From Octopus bimaculoides (lineage: Eukaryota), in contig NC_068989.1 in NCBI RefSeq assembly GCF_001194135.2, positions 85,845,111 to 85,909,083 of the forward strand: DNA of 63,973 nt, read 5' to 3'. How positions within the stretch are numbered: position 1 is the first letter of the stretch; every line of letters starts with the position of its first letter. Below the pieces are notes generated by a model. It was not told the DNA's origin. It saw only the letters and a list, made by a program, of their open reading frames with translations, and made no database searches. Below are positions 24,299 to 36,912 of this stretch, one piece after another. The translations under genes were made by a program, and so were the position numbers.

Positions 24299-27200
24299 AA
24301 CAGAGTAATCTAAATACTAAGGGCTTAACAGATCTTCTGGGATATTATCTTCTCATCTATAACAAATTGACCTCTGACAGGCAAAGAACTCGTGAAAATC
24401 CACAAGAGAAGAGAGAATCCTTTGTGATGTTGAGGAAGTATGAAGACAATTGTGACTGTTAGACTGTGAAGTTGAACCTTTTGGTGTTTGTGACATGACT
24501 GGTCATTGGTGAAGGAGACCAGTTATTGAGGAGTGGGTGTATGTTGGCGTAGGCTTCTATGATTTCTGTGTGTTGTCACACAAGAATTACTGTAACCCCG
24601 CAGTTCAACAACATACGAACACTCAAAGCAAGAATACAAACACTTCAATATGGAAATGGGTGGGGAGAATAATTGGTCAATCAGACATTGGAGGAAGTGC
24701 AACTAGGTTGTCAGAGAAAGATAAACATCCAAAATGGATTCTTCAAGCAAGAAGACTGATGAGAGATAAGATATGTTTTCTGTGCTGGTTTGTGTTGCTG
24801 TGTTTATTTCTGTATGTTGGTGTATTTTCTTAGTGTGTGTATATGTCCCTGAATGCAAATGTGTAAGTGTATATGCATTGCTGAGTAGTAAGTGTGTGTT
24901 AATGTACAGATGAGACTGTATTTAGTATGTGTGTGTGCTTATGACTGCAAATGTGTTTGTGTGTATGCATGTGTGTTCCTGAGTGCAAATGTATTTGTGT
25001 CTTTGTATGTATTCGTATACCAGGATGTGTTTCTGTGCAAGTTTGTCTGCTTGTATATGAATGTATTAACTTCCCTCTACATTATTCTTCTCTCTATCTT
25101 CATTGTCTCTGAGAAAATAACCCTAGAAATCTATTGTTATACTTCCAGATCATAGCCAACAGTTTCCTGGCTAATAACACCACCTCAGCAACATTTGCTA
25201 CCATTTTGGTGGAATTTCTGCTTGCTAGAATGGAAGAAATGGGATGTAAGTACTTTTCTTTCTCCTTTCACACTCTCTCCACCCCCGTTGCATATACATG
25301 CATACACACACACATACACCTCTTCCTCTTCAAAACAACACCATCTTCTTTGTTAAAATGATTACTTCACTGCTATTGTATATTGTTTTTGTTTTTGAGG
25401 CATGAAAGCTGCAACTTCCCATATTCTGTCTTCCTCCCACTTCCACACTCTTTATCTATTTAATGCTACATTCTGTAATTTGTTGAAATTGTTTTCCAGC
25501 TTCAAATACTGAAAGATCAAATCTGTATCTGAAATTATTTAAATTGGTGTTTGGATCAGTATCTTTGTTTGCAGCTGAAAATGAGCAAATGCTGAAGGTA
25601 TGTTGCATATTCAAATACTGAAGATATATTATATATTCAAATGCTTGTTGTTAAGAGGGTAATGAATTGGCAGAGTCATTAGAGTCTTTGAATAGATTGG
25701 CAGAGTCATTGGTTGGATTCAACAATGTCAGTAGAGTCAATGGATGAATGTGGCAGAGTCAGTAGAGTTGATGGATGGAATACCACACTGTAATTTGTTC
25801 CAACTTTCTGTATTCTGAGTTCAAATCCAGCTGAAGTGCGAGGAGTGAAGAAGGTAATGATAGATTAGAATTAGACAGGATTGGCTGGAGGTGGTAATAT
25901 TAATTTGTCCCAATTATTAATATGTTCTTTTTTTTTCTTCTTTTTTTGTCAGCCTCACCTACATACCATCGTCAACAGAATTGGCTGGAGGTGGTAATAT
26001 TAATTTGTCCCAATTATTAATGTTCTTTTTTTTTCTTCTTTTTTTGTCAGCCTCACCTACATACCATCGTCAACCGTTCCATGTCACTGGCGATGACTGC
26101 AAAAGAACCATACAACTATTTCCTCCTGTTACGGACTCTGTTCCGCTCTATTGGAGGAGGAAGTCATGACATGCTTTATCAAGAGTTTCTGCCATTATTG
26201 CCAAATTTGCTTCAAGGTAAGTGAATGTTGTTATTTAATCCCAAATCAATCCTGATTCAACAAATATGCTCTGAGATATTCCATGTGTGAGCATTATATC
26301 ATGCAGTAGTATGTGATATCCTTGATACTGTATGATATTCTTGATTTTGTTGATATCATATGATATGAGCATGTCTTTTCTTGTCTTTTAGGTTTGAACA
26401 GTCTCCAAAGTGGCTTACATAAACAGCATATCAAAGACTTGTTTGTTGAGCTGTGCCTAACAGTACCCGTACGACTCAGTTCTTTATTGCCATATCTACC
26501 CATGCTCATGGATCCTTTAGTATCAGCTTTAAATGGATCACAGACCTTAGTTAGTCAGGCAAGTAGTTCAGATTTTACTCTCTGTTGGTTTGCTTTCTAA
26601 AATTGTTCCTGACTGACATTAATATTATAAAAACTTCAAAAAAAAAAAAAAGAAATGTAAATATCTTTTTAGTACAAAGAAGGGCATGTTTAAGGGCTAA
26701 TGTCATTGCCTGCTTTTACATAGTTAAATGGATGAGAGATAAACCTAAGTTTAGGGCATTGCTCTATCACAGATAACATTTCCAGGTGATTTGGTGTCAT
26801 TTAATGTGCTAGAAATAGCAGTTAGATTTCACTCACATCACTCACTCTACTGTCTTAAGGAGAATATGTTAGATTATGTAGTCACAATTATCCCTAAAAT
26901 GACAGGATATTCATGGTTGGGACACTTTTGATCAGAAGTCAACTGGGATTAGTAAACAACAATGTGAACAGAACCAATATTTTCTGCTAATGTTACTTGT
27001 AATAAATATTATGATCCAAGGAGAGGTTTATCCCTCAGCTCCTAAATCAGAACGAAGCAGAAACTGGGTAATATTTAGAACTTTTTTTTTTTTTTAACAT
27101 TGTGAGAAGATTCCACTGTAAAAGAATGTGTGGCTGTTATGCTTTTCTGCAACATTTGCTGAAGCTCTACTAGACTAGAGACTGATGTATGTATGGCATT

Positions 27201-30200
27201 TGTATAAGCATTGTGAAATGTTTGTCCCTTATGCTATACTCTGTGTGTGTATGTTGTAATATGTAATCATGAAATTATTTTTACTGTTTTGATTTCAGGG
27301 TCTTCGTACATTGGAGTTGTGTGTTGACAACTTACAGCCAGAATTTCTATATGAACATATTCAACCAGTCCGTGCTGAATTGATGCAGGTCAGATTCGAG
27401 ATATTTCTTTTACTTTTCCCTGCTACATCCCATCTTGATAATCTATTAGAGATGCCATTACGGTGTGGCTTTCATTGATTATTTTTATCTTTTTATAGAA
27501 GATGGACGGAGTTAGTTTCATGGTCAGTGGTGTAGGGAATGGTGGTCAGTGGTGCTGGTTGTGGTATTGGTGATGGCAGCAGCTGATGTTCCAATCAAAC
27601 CCAAGAGGCTGTGTTTCCATTGGTTTTTCAGACTATTGATATTACAATACCTTACACAAGTGCCATCATTTTCTTTTTTTATTGTGGGATTTGAACTGAA
27701 AATGTATAGAATCAGATACCACAAGGGATTCTGTCCAACATTTCAATCTCGCCAGTCCACTGCTCTGGATCAATACATTTTTATCAACCTTAATAGGTGC
27801 ACATGTGGCTGTGTGGTAAGAAGTTTACTTCCCAGCCACATGGCTTCAAGTTTAGTCCCACTGCATGGCACCTTCAGCAAGTATCTTCCACTATAGACGA
27901 ACTGACCAAAGCCTTGTGGGTGGATTTGGAAACTGAGAGAAGCTTGTCATATAAATATGTGTGTGTGTGTTACTGCTGCCTTGTCTTGGCTTCATGTGAT
28001 AGTTGTAAACGAGTGTGATCATTGTGCAAACGGTATCCCCTGTTTCCAGTCTTCCATGAAAACATGTCTGGTCATGGGGAAATAAATATTACCTTACTTA
28101 GAAACAGGTGAGGGTTGGCAACAGGAAGGGCATCCGGCTGTAGAAAATCCGCCTCAACAACTTCCGTTCAACTCATGCAAACATGGAAAGGTGAATGTAA
28201 AATGATGATAATAATGATGGTGATGATGATGAATATATCCTGTGTCGAGCAAAGTAAAGGGTGAGGAAGGGAATTAGATATGAAAGCGGCAAGTCGGGAG
28301 TTCAAGTCTTGTTTGGTTGGATTGTATAATTTTGTTACCTTTTTTTTCTCTAGGCATTGTGGCGTACTTTAAGAAATCCATCAGACAGCATTGCTCTTGT
28401 TGCCTTCCGCCTTCTGGGAAAGTTTGGTGGAGGTAACCGAAAAATGGTTAGAGAGCCTCAGCAAGTAAGTTTAGCATAAATTATAATAGCTTGTGTATGT
28501 GTTTAGCATAAATTATATTGCTTGTGTGTGTGTTTAAATTTGCATAAAATATATTAGCTTGTGTGTATGTGTAAGTTATTGAATGTAGACTCATCTTCTT
28601 TGCTTGTGTGTAAATTAACATAAATTATAAAGTGTGTGTGTGTGTTTGTTTCAAAGTGAATTTTCAGCTTCTTTTCCTCTTTATTTTCCTTGTGGTTGTA
28701 TTTATTTATCTTTCTTCTTTTTCAGCTCAACTATAATGAAAAAGAAACAGTTGGTCCCTGTGTTGTACTTCAGTTCCAAGATTGTAAGATCCCTATTAAT
28801 TTACCAGTAGAGAAAGTAAGTACATTTCAGTGCTTGTAAAGTAGTTGTGTATGTGTGTATTGGTGAGTGAGTCTTTATCAGTCGGTCCAGTTACTGGATT
28901 CCCACAGTGTTATACAGTGACAGAGCTTACAACGTTGTCCATGAACAAGTACAGCTGAGTGAACCAGAGCAATGTGAAATGAAGTGCTCAAGAATAGAAT
29001 GTGCTGCTTGGTCCAAGGATCAAAACCATGACTTTGCAATTATGGGTACAAAACCTTAACAGCTGGGCCACACTACTACATTTAATTGAAAATATCTGGA
29101 GCTGAAAAGAATTGACTTTACAGAAGAACTTCAATTGAAATGACTATCTTTTTTTTAATTTTTTTTTTTTATCTATAAGTGTTGGTAGTGGTGATGATGA
29201 TGATAGTGGTGGAAGAGTTAGGATATAGCAGTAACTGATCTCCCTACATCCTCCCTACTTACATTATTGTTTAGCTCCAGGTCAGTGCTCATTGGGCAGA
29301 CATGTGTCAAAGTGTTCTCGTTATGACCATTCTTGTTTATCTTAAAGGTATATTGGTTGTCACGGTAGCGTCGTCTGAATGAGTCATTGTGATAGCATTG
29401 ATGTTTTACTGCCACCATGACAACCATATAGGAGTCAACAGAGAGGAGTCACAACTGTATGAAATCTCCAGGCGGTTTTTAGCTGAAAAGTGTTGGCAGA
29501 AGGGCACCCAGAGGTCATGACCTGAAGGTGGCCCAGCCCCCTTAAGGGTGTAAGAAGTTAAAGGCAGAAATACTTGCCTGAAGAGTGTTTCTCCTCTGAA
29601 GTCAGCTCTCTTGAGGGTTTCTTACCACTAAAACTACATTACTGAATGGATTCATCATTGTTTTAAAGACATAGTGATTTGGTTGCCCTTTCTAGCAGTC
29701 AAGTGACTATGTAGATGTTCTCTACTTTCATTTAACCCTTTTAATACCAACCCAGCTAAAACCATCTCTGGCTCTGTAGTACAAATGTCTTGTTTTCAAA
29801 AATTCTGAATTAAAATCTTCCATCAAACCTTAGTCACAATTTCTGTTCCTAACACTAGCTGAATGATAACTAAGTTATTTTACTAAATTCTTTGTTGTAT
29901 TTAAAATTAATTGAACGAAATACAGAGCATCTCAAAAGAAATATGGTAACAAAAAGGTTAAGGGCGTGTTTAGAGCAAGTTTTCAGAGATATGGAATTCT
30001 TGTTTAAGCCACACCCGACATAAATTTGTTAGATTTTTTCCTCTTTGTGAATAAAAGAAACTTTGCAAAGTTCATATCTGACATACATTATATTTCTCTC
30101 AGCAAAAAAGCAATAAACTGTGTATCGTACTTCTCTGAGAATGTTTGTAGAAAAACTGGGGTGGAGTGAATGTGATTGTGAAAGAAAATGGAATTGTGTG

Positions 30201-30991
30201 TGAGTGGTACAATGTTACTTGATGTTTGTCAGTGTGTGTTAGGTACATGCATTTTGGAGAGAGAGAGAGAGAGAGAGAGAGAGGGTGCAAGATAATCATT
30301 CATTGTTTGGACATAAATCCAAAGCAAACTGTAATGATATTATATTTTCTTTTCATTCTGTTCTATTACACAGGCCATTGACACTGCTTTGTCCAACCTG
30401 AAATGTAGTACAACAAATGCTTTTGTTTTGCGACAGTCTTGGGAACTGATTCGCTGTTTCTTGGTATCAGCCATGAGTCTGGATGACAGCCGCCAATCTC
30501 TTCAGCATCTCTTCTCACACAACAGGTCAGTATACCTGGTGCACAGATCCATTTGTTAGTAAACTCTTCAGAAGTAGGTAGGTTGGGTGACCAAGATGTT
30601 TGTAGGGCCTCTCTGACTGCTGAAACAACCTAAGCATTTGTAAGTCGACACCAACAAGAAAAACATGACTGGATGAACAAATTTGCTTCAAATATTGGCA
30701 ACAGAGTGAAGAACTCTTCACTAAGGTACCCAATAAAAGATGGTAGTGTTGTTAAACCAAGCAGTATGCTAGGCCTACTGTCTAATGTAGGCACCAAATG
30801 ACCAGGTGTTTGTGTTAAATAGGGTGGTATGTTAGACCTATTTTATATATATTAGTCAGTGAGGAAGAAACAGGAGTAGGCCCATCCAGTGTGGTGAGAT
30901 TAATATCATATATAGTTGATGCAAACATCTACAGATCAAAGATCTGCATGACCAGGACTAAGAGATATGCAACGACATGCATATATATATA

Positions 30992-31039
<48 letters not shown>

Positions 31040-34000
31040 NNNNNNNNNNNNNNNNNNNNNNNNNNNNNNNNNNNNNNNNNNNNNNNNNNNNNNNNNNNNN
31101 NNNNNNNNNNNNNNNNNNNNNNNNNNNNNNNNNNNNNNNNNNNNNNNNNNNNNNNNNNNNNNNNNNNNNNNNNNNNNNNNNNNNNNNNNNNNNNNNNNNN
31201 NNNNNNNNNNNNNNNNNNNNNNNNNNNNNNNNNNNNNNNNNNNNNNNNNNNNNNNNNNNNNNNNNNNNNNNNNNNNNNNNNNNNNNNNNNNNNNNNNNNN
31301 NNNNNNNNNNNNNNNNNTGGACCCCTATACAAAAATCCTGATGCCAACCTACGCAAGGTTCATGAACAAGCTCTTACAGGAATGTTTGGTAAGTAAACAC
31401 TTCTTATGTCTCTGAGTAATGCACTTAATTTTGCTTGTACTACATTGCTTACTTCACAGTTCAGTGATTAATTGTGTGAACAGGACATTCATCTTTAAAA
31501 ACAGACAAATTGCTCCAGCAAATATACCATGGCACGTATACAAGGACACATAAATAGATAAAAATTGTTATAAATAAACAAAATCATTGTTAAAAATAGT
31601 GAAAAAATGAAAACACATGATTGTTCAATTTTTGAAATGTGGCTGTGATTCCAGGTGCAGTCCCACTGCATGGCACCTTGGGCAAGTTTTTTCCACTATA
31701 TTTCCGGGCGACCACAGCCTTGTGAGTGGATCCGGTAGACAAAAACTGTAAAAAGCCCATTGTGTGTATCTGTCCTTGTCATGGCATTGTGTGATAGTTG
31801 TAAATGGTTGTTACCGTTATAAAAGCAGTGTCATTCATTTCCAGTATTCTACAAGAACATGTCTGGCCATCAAAGAAATATTACCTTGCTCGGAAACAGT
31901 TAAGGTTTGGTGATATGAAAGGCATCCAGCTGTACTAAATCTGTCTCAATAAACTCCAACCAACCCATGCAAGCATAGAAAAGTGGATGTTAAGATGATA
32001 ATGAATTAATAAATTAATGAAATATTAATGAAAATTTTTTTTAATCTGTCTATTATCAAAGGAATATTTGCATTTATTTTTCCAGTGGCTGCTGCCATCA
32101 AAGAACTCCGTAATCCTGTTCTTTCATTTATGGGATGTATGGTTCGGCACTACACAATGGTTGCAATTTCTCATCAATGTGGTAAGCCTTTTGCATGTTT
32201 ATTCTTTTAACATTTTGTCTTTTATAAATAACCCCAAACCTTTCACCTCACCTTTTGGTTCTTCTCAATGGATCCATTTTGTTGCAAGCATTCAGATCAG
32301 TTCTCCAGTCTGAGATTAACTCAGTATCACAACATGCTGCTTCCTAAAGTGCCATTGTATGAGGAATGATTACTCCCATCACCTCAACCTCTTGGCCCTT
32401 TTGAGCAGTCATAAATGCTGCTCTTCATACTCTCACTAGGTTATAAAAACATATTTAATACCTCCTTGTTGAGACTATAATACCCCCTTGCTGAGAGTGT
32501 AATTCCCCCCTTTTTGAGAATGTAATACTTTGTTGATGAATATTAATTTTCATCAAGTATTGAGATACCTGGTGCCTGGCTGTACTTAAGAAGACCCATA
32601 CCCCAACAGTAGTGTAAAGCACTTCTGGTGATGCTACATAAAAGCACCTACGCAATACCACGTAAAAGCACCCGTGTGGTGCCATGTAAAAGTGTCAGTG
32701 TGACACCATGTAAAAGTGCCAGGTAGTGCCATGTAAAAGCATTCAGCACACTGTAAAGTGATTGGCATTAGGAAGGGCATCCAGCCGTAGAAACAAATCA
32801 GACTGGAAGCCAAGTGAGACCGGAGCCTGGTACAGCGCCCCCAGCTTGCCACCTCTGGTCAAAACGTCCAACCCATACCAGCATAGATAACAGACGTTAA
32901 ATGATGATTATGATGATGATGATTCATTGTGATGGTGTTTTGCATAAGTCTGATAATGTTTTACAAGCTGAATGCCTGTAAGAATGCAACAAATGATAGA
33001 ATGCTGTGTTGGAAAAGACTTGATTAACTTATGCAAATATGGAAAAAGAACTGTACAGTGATGCTGATGACGATGCTTGTGGCAGCCATCATTGTCATCA
33101 TCATCACACCCTCAATGTCATCTTTGTTTGGGCTTCAGTGTGAAGGCTTCCCACTTGGTGGTATTATTGTTTATTAATTTAGCCCATGATAATGTGTCTT
33201 GGGTACACTTGGCTAAGTCCCTCTATATGAGTGTTGTGCTAAATGTCAGGCAAGTGGTTGAAAAAGTGGTGAGAGGTATTAACCCCCCCCCCCCTGACCC
33301 TGACACACATTTGAGCTTTCTGAATTTAAGAATTTCCCTTTCTATTTCTGTTGCTGGACCTCTTCTTTGTTGACCGGGGGGGGGTTTGTCCTCTACTGAA
33401 GGCTTAGAGACTGAACTGCATTGCCAATGAAACACACATACCCCTTATTTTGTCAGCAACACCCTATTCGTGCCACCAGTGTCCTGTTTCTTGCTTGCCC
33501 TGCTGGAATTGCCATCTGTACCATTCTTCTTGTAGGTCCATTCCCAGTCGGGGAGAAGCAGAACAAACTGCAAGGAATCGATACTCAGATATTGGTTGAT
33601 GCTATAGCTGCTGTGATGGGACATGAAGAGAAGGAACTCTGCAAACCAGGAACTGTTGCCTTGATGCTCATTCTAAATACTGCCACAATCATTTTGGGCT
33701 CACAAGAACGTGTAAGTACCTCTTTATTATTTTCATCGAGAACTATTCATCATGTACAATTCTTCACCATCTCCACTCCAACTGTTTATTATATCAGAAG
33801 GTTTCTTTTGCATGTAAACTCTTCGGGGACGGACATACACATGTATGGACAGGTGGACAACACACATATTTAGACACACACACACACACACACAGACATG
33901 ACGACACATACATACACAGATGAATGTGATCACACATACACAGACACACACACACTCAAATGGACAACATGAAGACATGTATACAAGCACATGTTCATGC

Positions 34001-34048
34001 ACACATGTGGATGGGTGATGAGTGATCAACACTCATGGATGGCTCCAT

Positions 34049-34097
<49 letters not shown>

Positions 34098-36866
34098 CAT
34101 ATGATTTGACAACAAACACAGACGGCCTCACACACACATACATGCATACAGACATATGTGCTCGACACCATACACATATTGCCACTATGTTCCCACATTG
34201 ACCTAATCATGTTTATGGTGACCAATTCCTTCTACTGCATCTTCTCAACTCCATCTTCCGTTGTTTCAGGCTTGCCAGCTGCCATTTTTTGAGTATTTGG
34301 TAGAACGCCTCTGTGCCCTCTGTTATGACCGAGCTTGGTATGCTAAGTACGGCGGGTAAGTTGATACTCTTCACTTTTATATCTGGCTGTGTGGTAAAAT
34401 GTTTGCTTCCCAACCATATGGTTTTGGGTTCAGTCTTACTGTGTGGAACCTTGGGCGAGTGTTTTCTACTATATAGCTCCTGGCTGACCTAAGCCTCATT
34501 TATGAATTTGGTAGATGGAAACTAAAAGAAGCCTGTCATATCGTGCGGGTGACACGTAAAAGCACCCACTACACTCTCTGAGTGGTTGGCGTTAGGAAGG
34601 GCATCCAGCTGTAGAAACTCTGCCAAATTAGATTGGAGCCTGGTGTAGCCATCCGGTTGCACCAGTCCTCAGTCAAATCGTCCAACCCATGCTAGCATGG
34701 AAAGCGGACGTTAAACGATGATGATGATGATGATATATATATATATATATATATANNNNNNNNNNNNNNNNNNNNNNNNNNNNNNNNNNNNNNNNNNNNN
34801 NNNNNNNNNNNNNNNNNNNNNNNNNNNNNNNNNNNNNNNNNNNNNNNNNNNNNNNNNNNNNNNNNNNNNNNNNNNNNNNNNNNNNNNNNNNNNNNNNNNN
34901 NNNNNNNNNNNNNNNNNNNNNNNNNNNNNNNNNNNNNNNNNNNNNNNNNNNNNNNNNNNNNNNNNNNNNNNNNNNNNNNNNNNNNNNNNNNNNNNNNNNN
35001 NNNNNNNNNNNNNNNNNNNNNNNNNNNNNNNNNNNNNNNNNNNNNNNNNNNNNNNNNNNNNNNNNNNNNNNNNNNNNNNNNNNNNNNNNNNNNNNNNNNN
35101 NNNNNNNNNNNNNNNNNNNNNNNNNNNNNNNNNNNNNNNNNNNNNNNNNNNNNNNNNNNNNNNNNNNNNNNNNNNNNNNNNNNNNNNNNNNNNNNNNNNN
35201 NNNNNNNNNNNNNNNNNNNNNNNNNNNNNNNNNNNNNNNNNNNNNNNNNNNNNNNNNNNNNNNNNNNNNNNNNNNNNNNNNNNNNNNNNNNNNNNNNNNN
35301 NNNNNNNNNNNNNNNNNNNNNNNNNNNNNNNNNNNNNNNNNNNNNNNNNNNNNNNNNNNNNNNNNNNNNNNNNNNNNNNNNNNNNNNNNNNNNNNNNNNN
35401 NNNNNNNNNNNNNNNNNNNNNNNNNNNNNNNNNNNNNNNNNNNNNNNNNNNNNNNNNNNNNNNNNNNNNNNNNNNNNNNNNNNNNNNNNNNNNNNNNNNN
35501 NNNNNNNNNNNNNNNNNNNNNNNNNNNNNNNNNNNNNNNNNNNNNNNNNNNNNNAAGAACTTGGAAGTTTGGGCCTCCAACTAGGCCTTTTGCAATACCA
35601 TTAAAGCCAGGAACTTTTCAGCAGCCTCTCGTGTGCATGTATGTATGATAGATTCAATAAAATAAAGCAGGCAGTGAGCTGGCAGAAACATTAGCATGCC
35701 GGGTGAAATGCTCAGCGGTATTTCATCTGCTGCTATGTTCTGAGTTCAAATTCCACCGGGTTGGCAACAAGAAAGACATTTGGTCGTAGAAAATTTACCT
35801 TAGCAAATTCCATGCACTAAAATGATGACACTAAAATGATGATAGTGTGATATGTATATATGAATACGTGTGTCTTCTTGCCTTGATATGACATAATAGT
35901 TGTAAATAAGTGTCACCACCATGTAAGGGGTGTCATTTGTTTTCTATCCTCCATAAAAACATGTCTAGTCTTGGGGAAACATTACTTGGAAGCAGGTAAG
36001 GGTTAGTAACAGGAACGACGTCTGACTGGAGAAAATCTGGCTGACTAGTGTGACCATGGTAAAATGGATGTTAAAACAGTGACGATTGCGACAACTCTGT
36101 GTGTGTGTGTATTTTTATCTATCATGTTTTAACCATCTCGTTTCTCTCATCAATATTGCAGGTGTCAAGCAATTAAAGTCCTCTATGAACATATGCCAAA
36201 GAAGTGGGTTCTACAACATCAATTTGTATTTCTGAAAGCTTTACTTTTTGTCATGTTGGACCTTACTGGTGAGGTGAGAAAGACTTAAAGTATACTTTAA
36301 CATTTGTAAATGATGTTTTAGTCTTCATCCTTTGTTTCATGTCCTCTGCAACCTAAGTAACTGAATGCTTTAGAATTTATTGATTACATTTTGGAAATGG
36401 TTGTTGTGTTTCATTTTAACTCGCATCAGTCCTTATCAAGCAGGTTTTTCATCTAAGACATTCCATTCATGAACATCCCTTCTTTGTTTTTTCAAACATA
36501 ATATAATTGTGGGTATGGCTGTGTCATAAGAAGTTTGCTTCCCAACCACATGGTTCTGGGTTCAGTCGCACTTTGGGCAAGTGTCTTCTACTTCAGTCCC
36601 AGGTCGACCAAAGTCTTGTTAGTGGATTTGGTAGATGGAAACTGAAAGAAGCCTGTCGTGTGTGTGTGTTTTTTTTTTGCCCCCCCCCTGCTTCACAACT
36701 GGTGTTGGTGTGTTTATGTCCCTGTAACCCAGTGGTTCAGCAAATGAAACTGATAGAATAAATACCAGGCTTCAAAAAAGTTAGTACTGGGGTCTATTTT
36801 ATAAAAGAAATGATAAATTTAGGTTATGAAACCAATGCAGTCCTAGATACAGATTTAGTGTGTCTG

Positions 36867-36912
<46 letters not shown>

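Noticed and set aside
26140-26150. Thr in LRTLFRS (Ala in human) as a candidate A-to-I restorative recoding site
   Set aside because: I recall Thr at this position in other Tra1 orthologues, and editing cannot be inferred from DNA alone.
30700-30800. Small hairpins (AGTGAAGA/TCTTCACT; GCCTAC/GTAGGC) considered as an H/ACA RNA
   Set aside because: No properly placed H and ACA boxes or target pockets.
30891-35584. Long ORFs containing X runs (also 39619-40264, 55592-56320, 57317-57874)
   Set aside because: Artefacts of N gaps.
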